Shown piece after piece: positions 46,487 to 57,696 of a stretch of 64,000 nucleotides of DNA; position 1 is the stretch's first letter; the number at the start of each line of letters is the position of its first letter. Position numbers and translations under genes: made by a program. The DNA lies in contig JBEDUI010000081.1 in NCBI GenBank assembly GCA_040414495.1, forward strand, positions 528-64,527, read 5' to 3'. Source of the DNA: Mycobacteriales bacterium. Its GTDB lineage: Bacteria; Actinomycetota; Actinomycetes; Mycobacteriales; QHCD01. The notes under the pieces are model-generated. The model saw only the letters and a program-made list of their open reading frames with translations. It did no database searches and was not told the origin of the DNA.

Positions 46487-47953
46487 TCAGCGCGGCGGCG
46501 TGATGCCCTGCTGCGCCGCCCAGCGGTACAGCTCGGCCACCACGTCGTCGCGATCCTGCGGTCCGTGCTCCATGCGCAACGCCAGCAGGTGCTTGTACGC
46601 CTGCCCGACCAGCGGACCCGGCGGAATGCCCAGCAGCTCCATGATCTCGTTGCCGTTGAGGTCCGGCCGGATCGCGTCCAGCTGCTCCTGGGCCGAGAGC
46701 GCCTCGATCCGTTCCTCCAGGGCGTCGTACGACGCGGCCAGCATCGCCGCCCGGCGCTTGTTCCGCGTGGTCGAGTCGGACCGGACCAGCTTGTGCAGCC
46801 GGGGCAGCAGATCACCGGCATCGGTCACGTACCGGCGTACCGCTGAATCGGTCCACTCGCCGCGGCCGTACCCGTGGAACCGCAGATGCAGGAAGACCAG
46901 CTTGGCCACGTCCTCGATGAACGCCTTCGGGTAACGCAACGCGCGGAGCCGCTTGCGGACCAGCTTCGCCCCGACCACCTCGTGGTGGTGGAACGAAACC
47001 CCGCCGCCCGGTTCGTGCCGCCGGGTCGCCGGCTTGCCGATGTCGTGCAGCAGCGCGGCCATCCGCAGCACCAGGTCCGGCTCGTCCTCCAGATCGATCG
47101 CCTGCTCCAGCACGGTCAGCGTGTGTGCGTACACGTCCTTGTGCTGGTGGTGCTCGTCGATCTCCATCCGCAACGCCGGCAGCTCGGGCAGGATATGGTC
47201 GGCCAGCCCGGTGTTGACCAACAGCTGCAGGCCGGCGCGGGGATGCGCGCCCAACAGCAGCTTGGACAGCTCCACCTGCACCCGCTCGGGCGTGATCCGG
47301 GTGATCTGCTCGGCCATTGCCGTAATGGCGTCGATCACCAACCGGTCCGGAGTGAACCCCAGCTGCGATACGAACCGCGCCGCCCGCAGCATCCGCAACG
47401 GGTCGTCGCGGAACGAGTCCTCCGGCGCGCCCGGCGTACGCAGCGTCTGCGTGGTGATGTCACCCAGCCCGTCGAACGGGTCGATGAACTCGTGCCGCGG
47501 CACCGAGATCGCCATCGCGTTGACGGTGAAGTCGCGACGGACCAGATCCTCGGCCAGCGACTGCCCGAACGTCACCTCCGGGTCCCGGCTGACCCAGTCG
47601 TACTGGTCGGTCCGGAAGGTGGTGATCTCCAGTTGCAGGCCGGATTTGGTCAGCCCGATCGTGCCGAACTCGATACCGATGGTCCACGTGGCCTCGGCCC
47701 AACCCTCGGCGATCTTCAGCACCTGCTGCGGCACCGCGTCGGTCGTGAAGTCCAGGTCGGCACCGAGCCGACCCAGCAGCGCATCCCGTACCGAACCGCC
47801 GACCAGATACAGCTCGTGGCCGGCTTCGGCGAACCGGCGACCGAGTTCATCGGCAATCGGGAAGACACCGAATAGCTCGGCAACGGCGCGCTCCTGCGCG
47901 TCGGTCAAGCGGCGGCGCTCTTCAGTCACAACCCTCTCCACACTCCCGGACAC
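46487..47953 (-). CDS. cca: CCA tRNA nucleotidyltransferase / poly(A) polymerase family (PcnA-like) with HD domain
   Basis: LVGGSVRDALLGR..DLDFTT nucleotidyltransferase head, RDFTVNA, and HD domain LHDIGKP. Confidence 0.9.
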   Translation of the reverse strand: MSGSVERVVTEERRRLTDAQERAVAELFGVFPIADELGRRFAEAGHELYLVGGSVRDALLGRLGADLDFTTDAVPQQVLKIAEGWAEATWTIGIEFGTIGLTKSGLQLEITTFRTDQYDWVSRDPEVTFGQSLAEDLVRRDFTVNAMAISVPRHEFIDPFDGLGDITTQTLRTPGAPEDSFRDDPLRMLRAARFVSQLGFTPDRLVIDAITAMAEQITRITPERVQVELSKLLLGAHPRAGLQLLVNTGLADHILPELPALRMEIDEHHQHKDVYAHTLTVLEQAIDLEDEPDLVLRMAALLHDIGKPATRRHEPGGGVSFHHHEVVGAKLVRKRLRALRYPKAFIEDVAKLVFLHLRFHGYGRGEWTDSAVRRYVTDAGDLLPRLHKLVRSDSTTRNKRRAAMLAASYDALEERIEALSAQEQLDAIRPDLNGNEIMELLGIPPGPLVGQAYKHLLALRMEHGPQDRDDVVAELYRWAAQQGITPPR

Positions 47954-48055
47954 GAGCCGACAGCCTAGTTGGCGAGCTCACGGCGGCGCGGAGCACCAGC
48001 AACACCAGCTTGCGGCAGCACGGCGTCGCTCCGCGCTCCGTCTACGATCGGAGCC

Positions 48056-48520
48056 ATGCCTCGCACGCAGCCTCGACGCCGGAAGCTGCGGACTGTCACC
48101 GAGACGTCCGCCGGCGGGCTGGTTGTGGACCGGCTGGACGAGGAGGCGCGAGGCGTGTTGATCGGACGGTTGGATCGGCGCGGCCGGCTGTTGTGGTCGC
48201 TGCCCAAGGGGCATTTGGAGCCGTCCGAATCGGCGGAGGACGCGGCGATCCGCGAGGTCCATGAGGAGACCGGGATCTCCGGCGAGATCGTGCACCGGCT
48301 CGGCACCATCGACTTCTGGTTCGTGGCCGACGGCCGCCGGGTCCACAAGACCGTGCACCACTTCCTGCTGCTCGCGCGCAGCGGTGAACTCTCCGACGCC
48401 GACGTCGAGGTATCCGAGGTGGCCTGGGTGCCGCTGCCGGATGTTCCGGCGCAGTTGGCGTACGACGACGAACGCGAGCTGGCCTCCCGCGCGCAGGGAC
48501 TGCTCGCCAGCAGCGCGTGA
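48056..48520 (+). CDS. NUDIX hydrolase (MutT4-like)
   Basis: ORF trimmed to ATG 48056 (GGAG upstream). Nudix box [26 protein letters not shown]. Confidence 0.88.
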   Translation: MPRTQPRRRKLRTVTETSAGGLVVDRLDEEARGVLIGRLDRRGRLLWSLPKGHLEPSESAEDAAIREVHEETGISGEIVHRLGTIDFWFVADGRRVHKTVHHFLLLARSGELSDADVEVSEVAWVPLPDVPAQLAYDDERELASRAQGLLASSA

Positions 48521-50799
48521 ACCGGCCCCGCACGCCGCAGCGGCGCATCCAGTCGCCGCGGCGCTCCCCCGTGCCACGGCACCGGTCCGTCCTGGCCCCG
48601 GTGGTCGGGGTGGTGGTCGGGGCGCTGGTCGTGGCGGCCGGCTGGGTCGGACCGACGCCGGCCTCGGCCCAACCCGGTGGCGTGGACAACCTGACCTCCG
48701 GACCCAAGCAGGTCCGGGTGACCGTCGATCAGCTGAACCCGAAACTCATCAAGGCCGACTCGACCATCACCGCCACCGGCACTCTGACCAACGTCAGCGC
48801 GCACAAGGTCACCTCGCCGCAGATCCGGCTGCAGACCGGCACGCCGCTGACCGACCGGTCGCAGCTGACCGCGAACCCGCCACCCGAGGCCGGTGCATAC
48901 TCGTGCACCTTCAAGGACCTGCCGCACGACCTCGTCCCCGGACAATCCCAGAACTACACGGTCTCGTGTCCGGCCAGCACGCTCGGGCTGACCGCGACCG
49001 GTGTGTACCCACTGACCGTGAACGTCAACGGCACCTTGTTCGACGGCACAACCGCCCGGGTCGGCGAGGCCGACACGTCGCTGCCGTTCTTCACCCAAAA
49101 GCCGGCCGCGCCGACCAAGGTGTCCTGGCTGTGGCCCATCATCGACCGCCCGCACCAGTTCACCCCGGGTCTGCTCTACGGCGCCTCGCACAGGTTGCCC
49201 AGTGGTGTGTTCCGCGACGACGCGCTGGCCTCCTCACTCAAGGCGACCGGTCGCCTCGGCCGGCTCGTATCGACCGCGCTGTTCGCGCCGAAAGACGTCC
49301 AGCTGACCATCGTTCTGGACCCGGAGCTGATCAGCGAGGTGGCCGCCATGCGCAGCAGCTACCAGGTGGCCAACGGCTCCGCCACGGTCGCCGGCACCGG
49401 CAGCCGGGCCGCCCGCGACTGGCTGACCCGACTCGAGCGGCTGACCAAGCGGCCCGGCGTCACCGTCGACGTCCTGCCCTACGCCGACCCCGACCTGCTC
49501 GCCCTGGCCGACGGGCCAGTGGGACTGTCCGCCCGGATCGGGCCGGCCTACGAACAGGGTCTGAGCGCGATCCGGAAGATCATGCCGATCAACAACCCGC
49601 TCGCTCTGGCCTGGCCGGCCGACGGTCAGCTCGACAACAACACGCTCTACACCCTGGCCGGACAGTCGCTGGCCGGCGTGGTCGCCTCGTCCGACTCGCT
49701 GCCGCTGACGCAGAGCCAGACCCCGACCCCGAACGCCGCCGCCAGCATTCCGGCCCAGGGCACCACGCTGCGGGCGGTGGTGCCGGACAGCCAGCTCGGC
49801 AAGGTGGTCGGCATACCGCGGCTGACCAAGGGCCTGCGGTTGAGCGAGCAGGAGTTCATCTCCGAGCTGGCCATGATCACCGCGGAGGCGCCCAGCAACG
49901 CCCGCAGCATCGTCATCGCGCCGCCGCGCCGCTGGGCCACCTCGCCGTCCTATCTCAAGGCGATGCTCGAGGACAGCACCTCTTTGCCGTGGGCCCAGAG
50001 CACGTCGGTCTCCGACACGCTGGCCGCCCCGATCACGGCCCAGCGCGGCGCGCTGCAGCATCCGGCCAACGCGAGCCGGAACCAGGTGACGCAGACCCAG
50101 CTGAGCACGCTGAGCGGCGACCTGGGCTCGCTCAACAGCTTCAGCTCGACCCTGTCCAATCAGGACGCCGACACGCTGCTGACCCCGTATTACAAGGCCA
50201 TCCTCACCGCCAGCTCCTCGGCCTGGCGGAGCGACCAGCCGCTGGGCGAGTCGTTTCTGCGCGACCTCGGTCAGGCGATCGCGGGCCTGCAGTCCCGGGT
50301 GTACGTGGTGGCGCCGTCGACCAAGCAACGCAGCTACACCCTGGCCTCTTCGTCCAGCCCGCTGGTGCTGACGGTCGCCAATACGTTCAATGTCCCGGTC
50401 AAGGTGCTGGTCCAGGTCATCCCGCGCGGTTCGGCCGGCTTCCGGGCCAGCTCGGTACCGGTCACGATCGCCCCGAACTCGCGGCAGACGGTCAAGGTGC
50501 CGGCGCACGTCGAACGGTCGGGCAGCTTCTCGGTCATGGCCGGCATCACGACCCCGCAGGGCAGCGGACAGGTTCTCGGACAACAGGTGCAGTTGAAGGT
50601 ACGGAGCACCGCATACGGAGTGGTCACCCTGGGCATCACCGGCGGCGCGTTCGCCCTCCTGCTTCTGCTGGTCATGCTGCGGCTCTACCGCCGTATCCGG
50701 GCATCCCGCCGGCCACCGGAGCCGCACGATCCCTCAGTCGAGTACCCGACCGGTGAATACCCGACCCTGACCCGGCACCGCTCGGACGCCGCCTCATGA
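48517..50799 (+). CDS. conserved actinobacterial exported protein with C-terminal TM anchor (Rv3909-like, DUF6049-type)
   Basis: Signal/[23 protein letters not shown] and C-terminal [25 protein letters not shown]. Syntenic between NUDIX and murJ. GTGA start/stop overlap with NUDIX and ATGA overlap with murJ. Confidence 0.75.
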   Translation: MNRPRTPQRRIQSPRRSPVPRHRSVLAPVVGVVVGALVVAAGWVGPTPASAQPGGVDNLTSGPKQVRVTVDQLNPKLIKADSTITATGTLTNVSAHKVTSPQIRLQTGTPLTDRSQLTANPPPEAGAYSCTFKDLPHDLVPGQSQNYTVSCPASTLGLTATGVYPLTVNVNGTLFDGTTARVGEADTSLPFFTQKPAAPTKVSWLWPIIDRPHQFTPGLLYGASHRLPSGVFRDDALASSLKATGRLGRLVSTALFAPKDVQLTIVLDPELISEVAAMRSSYQVANGSATVAGTGSRAARDWLTRLERLTKRPGVTVDVLPYADPDLLALADGPVGLSARIGPAYEQGLSAIRKIMPINNPLALAWPADGQLDNNTLYTLAGQSLAGVVASSDSLPLTQSQTPTPNAAASIPAQGTTLRAVVPDSQLGKVVGIPRLTKGLRLSEQEFISELAMITAEAPSNARSIVIAPPRRWATSPSYLKAMLEDSTSLPWAQSTSVSDTLAAPITAQRGALQHPANASRNQVTQTQLSTLSGDLGSLNSFSSTLSNQDADTLLTPYYKAILTASSSAWRSDQPLGESFLRDLGQAIAGLQSRVYVVAPSTKQRSYTLASSSSPLVLTVANTFNVPVKVLVQVIPRGSAGFRASSVPVTIAPNSRQTVKVPAHVERSGSFSVMAGITTPQGSGQVLGQQVQLKVRSTAYGVVTLGITGGAFALLLLLVMLRLYRRIRASRRPPEPHDPSVEYPTGEYPTLTRHRSDAAS

Positions 50800-52820
50800 G
50801 CGACTACTACCCACGCGGCGCACCACCGCGGCCACCGCATCGTTCGCGGCCCCCGCAGCAGCCTCGGCAACAAGCTCCGCAGCGACCGCCGCAACAGCCT
50901 CCGCCGCGGCCACCACGCGAGCCGTACCGCGACCGCTACCAAGGTGCGTACGAAGACCTCTACAGCGACGACTACTACAGCCCGCAACCGCTGGGCAGCT
51001 GGAACGGCGACGAACCGTATTCCAGCCTCGTCCTCGGCCGCTGGGACGGGCATCGGATCGTCAGCCCGGAAGAGGACGCGCAACGGCAGGGCCTCGAGGC
51101 ACCGCCGATCAAACCGCGCAAGCAGCTGTACACGGTCACCGCACGCGGCGGGGTGCGCCGGGTCGGGCCGAGCGAGGTCGGGGCCGAGCAGCGCCAGCCG
51201 GGAACCCGGGCCGGCGCCGAGCCGAGCCTGGCCCGGTCCAGCCGCATCATGGCGATCGCCAGCGCGACTTCCCGGATCACCGGCTTCGCCCGGCAGATCG
51301 CGCTGACCGCCGCGGTCGGCCTCGGCCTGATCGGCGACGCGTACAACACCGCCAACTACCTGCCCAACATCGTCTACGAGCTGCTGCTCGGCGGCGTGCT
51401 CACCTCGGTGATCGTGCCGCTGCTGGTGCACGCGCAACGCAACCACGCCGACGACGGCGAGGCGTACGCGCAGCGGCTGCTGTCCCTGGCCACGGTGATG
51501 TTGACCGTCGCCACGATTCTCGCGGTCCTGGCGGCGCCATTACTGGTCCGGTTATTCGGCATCTCCGGCGGTTCGCAGGAACACGTGGCGACGTGGCTGG
51601 CCAGACTGCTGTTACCCGAGATGGTCTTCTACGGCGTCGGGGCGATGCTCGGCGCGATCCTGAATACCCGCGGCGTCTTCGGCCCACCGATGTGGGCGCC
51701 GGTCCTGAACAACGTTGTCGTCATTCTTACGGCCGCGCTGTTCTTCGTCATGCCCGGGCCGCACACGTTGACGGTCGAGTCGATGACCACGGCCCAGATC
51801 CTGGTGCTGGGCATCGGTACGACGTTGGGCATCGTGGCCCAGACAATCGTGCTGCTGCCGTATGTGCGCCGAGTCGGCTTCCGCTGGCGGTGGCGCTTCG
51901 ACCTGCGCGGATCCGGGCTCGGCCAGGACGGCGCGCTCCTGCTGTGGGTCATCGGGTACGTCGTGGTGAGCCAGATCGGCGTCTCCACGATCGTGCACCT
52001 GTCGAACTCGGCCGGGACCGAGAGCGGCGGCATCGGGTACGCGGTGTACGCCAACGCCAGCCTGCTGTTCCAGATGCCGTACGGCATCGTCGGCGTCGCG
52101 CTGCTGACCGCGCTACTGCCCCGGATGAGCCGGGCCGCGGCGACCGGCGACATTCGCCGGATGCTCGATGACCTGTCGCTGGGCAGCCGGCTCACCGCGG
52201 TCGCGCTGATCCCGATCACCGTCGGTTTCATCGTGCTCGGGCCGGCGATCGCGGTGTCGATCTTCGCTCACGGGCGCACCTCGATCAGCAGCGCACACAC
52301 CATGGGTCTGGCCCTGGCATGGTCGGCGTTCGGTCTGCTGCCGTACGCGATGACGTTGCTGCAGTTGCGCGCGTTCTACGCGGTCAAGGACGCCCGGACG
52401 CCGACTCTGATCAACGTTGCGATTGTGGCGTTCCGCTTGGTCATCTGCTTCATCGTGCCGGTAATCCTGCCGGCGCGGCAGGTGGTCATTGGGCTCGCGG
52501 TTGCCAACAGCCTGTCATTCATAGTCGGTCTGGTGCTCGGGGATGTGCTGCTGCGTAAGCGGTTCGGGCCGCTGGGCACCGGCCGGTTGGTCCGGACGAG
52601 TACGCAGATGCTGATCGCATCTATCATCGGCGGGCTCGTCGCCTGGCTGGCCCTGTACGTCATCACCCAGGAATTCGGTTCGGGCCGGGCCGGCTACACG
52701 CTGGCCACCATCGTCGGCTGTCTGGCCGGTGGCGTCGTCGCGTTCATCGTGGCGATGCGCCTGCGGGTCGAGGATCTCAATGCGGCGGTGGGCCGGGTCC
52801 GCCAACAACTCGGACGATGA
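50796..52820 (+). CDS. murJ: lipid II flippase MurJ (MviN) with ~150-aa Pro/Gln/Tyr-rich N-terminal extension
   Basis: SRITGFARQIALTAAVGLGLIGDAYNTANYLPNIVYELLLGGVLTSVIVPLLV plus 14 TM-like segments. Confidence 0.92.
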   Translation: MSDYYPRGAPPRPPHRSRPPQQPRQQAPQRPPQQPPPRPPREPYRDRYQGAYEDLYSDDYYSPQPLGSWNGDEPYSSLVLGRWDGHRIVSPEEDAQRQGLEAPPIKPRKQLYTVTARGGVRRVGPSEVGAEQRQPGTRAGAEPSLARSSRIMAIASATSRITGFARQIALTAAVGLGLIGDAYNTANYLPNIVYELLLGGVLTSVIVPLLVHAQRNHADDGEAYAQRLLSLATVMLTVATILAVLAAPLLVRLFGISGGSQEHVATWLARLLLPEMVFYGVGAMLGAILNTRGVFGPPMWAPVLNNVVVILTAALFFVMPGPHTLTVESMTTAQILVLGIGTTLGIVAQTIVLLPYVRRVGFRWRWRFDLRGSGLGQDGALLLWVIGYVVVSQIGVSTIVHLSNSAGTESGGIGYAVYANASLLFQMPYGIVGVALLTALLPRMSRAAATGDIRRMLDDLSLGSRLTAVALIPITVGFIVLGPAIAVSIFAHGRTSISSAHTMGLALAWSAFGLLPYAMTLLQLRAFYAVKDARTPTLINVAIVAFRLVICFIVPVILPARQVVIGLAVANSLSFIVGLVLGDVLLRKRFGPLGTGRLVRTSTQMLIASIIGGLVAWLALYVITQEFGSGRAGYTLATIVGCLAGGVVAFIVAMRLRVEDLNAAVGRVRQQLGR

Positions 52821-52953
52821 GGAGCGCACTGACTCGTGACAACCGTCGCCACAGCACCTGCGTCTGGACGTGTGGTGTGTTCGATCCAGTTTCTGGCTGG
52901 TGCATGCCTGGACGGTTGCGCATACTGGGTTGGTCACCGATGGGGGGAGAGCG

Positions 52954-54441
52954 GTGAGTTCTGACGTCGCCAGCGGACGGGCATCATCCGGCCGGTTGGG
53001 CTCCCGTTACGAGTTGCACGAGCGCATCGAAACCTCCACGACACGCTCGTCCCGTCTCACATCGTGGCGTGCCTACGACACCACCCTGCGCCGGCAAGTC
53101 CGGCTCGACGTGCATCGTCCCGGCGGCGAGGCCGCCCGCCGGTTTCTGACCACCGCGTACGCCGCGGGCGCGGTGACCCACCCGGCTCTGGCCCGGGTGC
53201 TCGACGTCGTCGACGAAGGTCAGCAGGCCTACGTGGTCAGCGCCTGGATCGACGGCACCCCGCTGACCCGGTTGTTGTCCGAGTCGCCGTTCGAGCCCGA
53301 TCAGGCCGCGTCCATCGTCGGCCAGCTCACCGACGGGGTCATCGCCGCCCACCAGGCCGGCACGACGGTCGGCGTGCTCCGCCCGGATCATCTGCTCCTC
53401 ACGCCCAGCGGCACCGTGACCCTCGTACGGGTGCCCCGACCCGGCCCGACTCCGACCGATGACGTGCGCGGCCTGGGCGCCCTGCTGTACGCCGCACTGA
53501 CCAGCCGTTGGCCGCTGGACACCGGCGGCGCCGGCCTGCCGCCCGCGCCCACCACCAGCGGCCGGCTGTGCACTCCGCGCCAGCTGCGCGCCGGCATCCC
53601 AGCCGACCTGTCCAACCTCACGATGCGGGCGCTGTACCCAGACCAGCCCGGAGGCATCAGCTCGGCCACCACGTTCGCCGACGCGATCCGGGCCCGGACC
53701 GGGCCGCCGCCGGACCTGCTGCCGTTCCGTGGCGCCGGCGAGCCACCCGAGCCGGACGACCGACCGGAGCGGACCCGCCGTAGCTCCACTCGGCTGGTGG
53801 TGCCCCTGGCCTGCCTGCTCGTATTCGGCCTGATGGCCTGGTTGGTGGTCAGTGTGGTCACCGGGAATGGCAACCACGGCTCCAAGCCGGCCGCCGCCGG
53901 TCAGTCGCCGAAAACGTCGGCCTCGGCGACGCATCCGTCGCGCTCATCGACCTCTGGTCACAAGGCGCCGGCCCACGAGGTGTCGGCACCCACCGCGATC
54001 AAGGCCGCCAGCGTGAACAGCTTCAATCCGTATAACCAGCCGCCCGGCGACGACAACGCGTCGAAAGTCGGGTTGGCCTCGGACGGCAATCCAGCCACGG
54101 CCTGGGAGACCGATCCGTACAGCCGTTCGCCCAAATTCGGCAACCTGAAGCCGGGTTCGGGCCTGATATTCGACATGGGCTCTGCCGTCACGATCCGGCA
54201 GATCCGTATCAGTACGCCCACTCCGGGTATCTCGTTACAGGTGCTGGCGGCCGACTCCCCGTCCGAGGCACAGAACTCGATGACGGTGGTCGGCAGCGAG
54301 TCGCACACTGGTTCGTCGATGACGGTCTCGTCGGCATCGAAGACGCCGCATCGCTACTGGGTCGTCTGGCTCACCGAGTTGGCGCCGACGTCGTCGGGTC
54401 AGTACCAGGGCGGCATCAGCGAGGTCCGTTTCCTGCACTAA
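52954..54441 (+). CDS. membrane pseudokinase: intracellular kinase-like domain, single TM, extracellular F5/8 type C (discoidin)-like domain
   Basis: ORF trimmed to GTG 52954 (GGGGGGAGAG upstream). The kinase-like fold lacks the canonical catalytic motifs as far as I can see. TM LVVPLACLLVFGLMAWLVVSVV. C-terminal DGNPATAWETD...GGISEVRF. It matches the C-terminal half of M. tuberculosis MviN. Confidence 0.75.
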   Translation: MSSDVASGRASSGRLGSRYELHERIETSTTRSSRLTSWRAYDTTLRRQVRLDVHRPGGEAARRFLTTAYAAGAVTHPALARVLDVVDEGQQAYVVSAWIDGTPLTRLLSESPFEPDQAASIVGQLTDGVIAAHQAGTTVGVLRPDHLLLTPSGTVTLVRVPRPGPTPTDDVRGLGALLYAALTSRWPLDTGGAGLPPAPTTSGRLCTPRQLRAGIPADLSNLTMRALYPDQPGGISSATTFADAIRARTGPPPDLLPFRGAGEPPEPDDRPERTRRSSTRLVVPLACLLVFGLMAWLVVSVVTGNGNHGSKPAAAGQSPKTSASATHPSRSSTSGHKAPAHEVSAPTAIKAASVNSFNPYNQPPGDDNASKVGLASDGNPATAWETDPYSRSPKFGNLKPGSGLIFDMGSAVTIRQIRISTPTPGISLQVLAADSPSEAQNSMTVVGSESHTGSSMTVSSASKTPHRYWVVWLTELAPTSSGQYQGGISEVRFLH

Positions 54442-54494
54442 TGACGGACCGACATGGTCCGTGGGTAGGCAGGCATCGGAGATACGGCGGAGCG

Positions 54495-55127
54495 ATGGCA
54501 CGTCTGACTGGTACGCAGCAATCCGACTATTCTCGCACCGTGCCCGCGGCCGGTGATCCCACCCAGATGAGCGACGCCGAGTTGCTACGAGCCCACGTGG
54601 CCGGCGACCCCTATGCGTTCGACACCCTCATCAAACGGCACCGGGACCGGCTCTGGGCGGTCGCTCTGCGGACCATGCGGGACCCCGACGAGGCGGCCGA
54701 CGCCCTGCAGGACGCGCTGATCTCCGCGTTCCGGGCGGCCGGATCGTTCCGCGCCGAGTCCGCGGTCACCACCTGGCTGCACCGCATCGTCGTCAACGCC
54801 TGCCTCGACCGCATTCGCCGGCGTAAGGCCCGGCCGACCGTCAGCCTGCCCGAGGAAGGTCCGGGTGAGCCGGTCGAGCGGCGCGACCAGATCTCCGAAC
54901 GGGACACGGCGATGGCGATCGAGGCGGCGCTCGGTGAGTTGCCGGTCGAGCAACGGGCCGCGATCACGCTGGTCGACCTGGAGGGCTACTCGGTCGCCGA
55001 CAGCGCGCAGATCCTCGGCGTCGCCGAAGGCACCATCAAAAGTCGGTGCGCCCGGGGCCGCGCGCGGTTGGCGACTCTCCTCGGACACCTGCGGAACCAG
55101 GACGGGCCATCGGTCGTCGCACCGTAG
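54495..55127 (+). CDS. sigM: ECF RNA polymerase sigma factor SigM-like
   Basis: Region 2 DEAADALQDALISAFR...VTTWLHRIVVNACLDRIRR. Region 4 LPVEQRAAITLVDLEGYSVADSAQILGVAEGTIKSRCARGRARL. ATG 54495 has GGAG upstream. Confidence 0.88.
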   Translation: MARLTGTQQSDYSRTVPAAGDPTQMSDAELLRAHVAGDPYAFDTLIKRHRDRLWAVALRTMRDPDEAADALQDALISAFRAAGSFRAESAVTTWLHRIVVNACLDRIRRRKARPTVSLPEEGPGEPVERRDQISERDTAMAIEAALGELPVEQRAAITLVDLEGYSVADSAQILGVAEGTIKSRCARGRARLATLLGHLRNQDGPSVVAP

Positions 55128-55150
55128 TTGGCACGTATTGGGGAGGCGCG

Positions 55151-56008
55151 ATGAGTGCTGAGGATCGGCTCGAGCCGGTGTTCGGACCAGATGGCCAGCC
55201 GGACGCAGCGACCTTGGCGGGCTTGGAGCTCGACGCATTCGACGCCGAGACCACGGCTATGATCCGCGCCCGTCTGAGCGAATCCCCCAAATCCCGCGAA
55301 ACTCTCGCCGCCCTGGATGCTGTCCGGGACCGGCTGCACGAGCAACCGACTCCGCGGATGCCGGATGCGGTCGCGGACCGGATCTCGGCCGCCTTACGGT
55401 CCGAGCAGCAGGCGCGTGCCGCCGGTCCGCCCGCCATCGCGGAGGAGTCGCGGCAGCCGCAGCAGACCGCCGGAGTCGTCAGCCTCGAGGAGGCCCGGAC
55501 GCGACGCGCGCGCCGTACCCGCCGACTCGGTCTGGCCGCTGCGGGGGTCGCGGTCCTCGCCGCCGGTGGCATCGTTTACGGCGTCACCGCCCAGAACTCG
55601 ACCAGCGGCAACCCCCAGCAACCGAACCAGGCGCTGGTCCACCCCTCCGCGGGCGCGAAGTCCTCGCACCAGGTCGGGCAGCCGGACATCGGACAGTCCG
55701 CACCGCATCAGACCGCCGTCCCCAGCTACACCAAAGACAACCTTCGGGCCGCGTTGCCCACCATCGTCGCCACGTCCAAGACCGGCGTGAACGTCCCCGG
55801 CGGTTCGAGCGCCGGGCCCGACATAGCCGCCTGCAGCGGGACGCTCGGTCAGAAGTCCGAACCGCTCGCCGTGCAGCACGCGCAGTTCCAGGGCCGCAGC
55901 TCGTACGTCTTCGTCTACCCGACCGGAACCGACCACCAGGCCAAGGTCTTCGTCGTCAGCCCGACCTGCACCGGTGCCCCGCTCTACCAGACGAGCGGTC
56001 AGTACTGA
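55151..56008 (+). CDS. anti-sigma-M factor-like membrane protein
   Basis: Immediately downstream of sigM. Single TM LGLAAAGVAVLAAGGIVYGV after a ~120-aa cytoplasmic domain. GGGAGG RBS. Confidence 0.7.
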   Translation: MSAEDRLEPVFGPDGQPDAATLAGLELDAFDAETTAMIRARLSESPKSRETLAALDAVRDRLHEQPTPRMPDAVADRISAALRSEQQARAAGPPAIAEESRQPQQTAGVVSLEEARTRRARRTRRLGLAAAGVAVLAAGGIVYGVTAQNSTSGNPQQPNQALVHPSAGAKSSHQVGQPDIGQSAPHQTAVPSYTKDNLRAALPTIVATSKTGVNVPGGSSAGPDIAACSGTLGQKSEPLAVQHAQFQGRSSYVFVYPTGTDHQAKVFVVSPTCTGAPLYQTSGQY

Positions 56009-56189
56009 GCACGTAGCGGGTTTATCGGACAGCGGTACCGGGTGTGGCCTGGTCCTACGGCCCGGTGCGGGAATGTCAACCCCGTAGGATCCGTTGGGCG
56101 CGATGGTGGGTCGCAACCGATTCAAGAACGGCTCGACCACCGTGCTTCAAGTGACTTCAGGTGCTTGCAGGCGAGGGAAGGGTCCAGGC

Positions 56190-57161
56190 GTGAGCAGCGA
56201 AGACATCCGCAACGTCATCATCATCGGTTCAGGTCCGGCCGGATACACGGCCGCGCTGTACACCGCTCGCGCCAACCTGGAGCCGCTCGTTTTCGAGGGC
56301 AGCCAGTACGGCGGCGCGCTGATGACCACCACCGAGGTGGAGAACTACCCGGGTTTCACCGAGGGCATCCTCGGCCCCGAGCTCATGGAGACGATGCGGT
56401 CCCAGGCTGAGCGGTTCGGAGCGGAACTGCGCCCCGACGACGTAGCCGAGGTCGACCTGTCCGGTCCGGTGAAGACCGTGACCGCCAGCGGCAAGACCTA
56501 CCGAGCCCGGGCCGTCATCGTGGCGACCGGTTCGGCGTACCGGTACCTGGGGCTGGGCAGCGAGAAGGAACTGCTCGGTCACGGCGTATCGGCGTGTGCG
56601 ACCTGTGACGGGTTCTTTTTCCGCGATCAGGACATCGCCGTGGTCGGCGGCGGCGACACCGCCATGGAAGAGGCGACGTTCCTCACCCGGTTCGCGCGCA
56701 GCGTGACGATCATCCACCGCCGCGACCAGTTGCGGGCCAGCAAGATCATGCAGGAGCGGGCGTTCAACAACGACAAGATCCGGTTCGTCTGGGACAGCGA
56801 AGTCACCGAGGTGCTCGGCGACAAGTCGGTGACCGGTGTACGGCTACGCAACCGGGTCACCGGCGATGAGTCGACGCTCGAGGTGAGCGGGCTGTTCGTC
56901 GCGATCGGACACGAGCCGCGCACCGAGCTGGTTCGGGGCCAGCTGAAGCTGGACGACAGTGGGTACGTCGTTGTCGAGTCGCCCTCGACCCGGACCAACC
57001 TCGACGGCGTGTTCGCGTGTGGCGATGTCGTCGACCACACGTACCGTCAGGCCATCACCGCCGCGGGGACCGGCTGTTCGGCGGCGTTGGACGCCGAGCG
57101 TTGGCTCGCCGCTCAGGACGAGGCCGGCGAGCCCGCACCCAGCTCAGCCGTCACCGCCTGA
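56190..57161 (+). CDS. trxB: thioredoxin-disulfide reductase
   Basis: [16 protein letters not shown], active site CATCDG, second fold [15 protein letters not shown] start at 56190. Confidence 0.95.
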   Translation: MSSEDIRNVIIIGSGPAGYTAALYTARANLEPLVFEGSQYGGALMTTTEVENYPGFTEGILGPELMETMRSQAERFGAELRPDDVAEVDLSGPVKTVTASGKTYRARAVIVATGSAYRYLGLGSEKELLGHGVSACATCDGFFFRDQDIAVVGGGDTAMEEATFLTRFARSVTIIHRRDQLRASKIMQERAFNNDKIRFVWDSEVTEVLGDKSVTGVRLRNRVTGDESTLEVSGLFVAIGHEPRTELVRGQLKLDDSGYVVVESPSTRTNLDGVFACGDVVDHTYRQAITAAGTGCSAALDAERWLAAQDEAGEPAPSSAVTA

Positions 57162-57190
57162 CCGATCATCACAACCGAGAGAGAGACACC

Positions 57191-57517
57191 GTGTCTGAAC
57201 ACAGCGTGAAAGTCACCGACGAGAGCTTCGCCAGCGACGTACTAGGTAGCGACAAGACCGTCGTGGTGGACTTCTGGGCTGAGTGGTGCGGGCCATGCAA
57301 GATGGTCTCGCCGGTGCTCGAGGAGATCGCCGGTGAGCACGCCGACAAGATCACCCTGGCCAAGCTGAACATCGACGATAACCCGCAGATCGCCCGCGAG
57401 TACCAGATCATGTCGATCCCGACGATGTCGGTGTTCCAGGGCGGCAAGCTGGTCAAGTCGATCGTCGGCGCGAAGCCGAAGGCCGCACTGCTGTCGGACC
57501 TGAAGGACTACCTGTAA
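57191..57517 (+). CDS. trxA: thioredoxin
   Basis: VVVDFWAEWCGPCKM (WCGPC). 108 aa from GTG 57191. Confidence 0.95.
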   Translation: MSEHSVKVTDESFASDVLGSDKTVVVDFWAEWCGPCKMVSPVLEEIAGEHADKITLAKLNIDDNPQIAREYQIMSIPTMSVFQGGKLVKSIVGAKPKAALLSDLKDYL

Positions 57518-57696
57518 TCCGTCGGTAATGTCCTCGCCTGTCGTTTTCTGACGGGCCCCGTCATCGCCCGATGTGAGCTATCTGCAGAATGGTCGACGAC
57601 GACCCGCCCTTGGATGTGCCGGTCCGGGCCGCCTCCGCATTGCGCGGAACAGTGGCCCGAGGCCGGCACAACCATTCAGACCGTAGGAACCCACGC

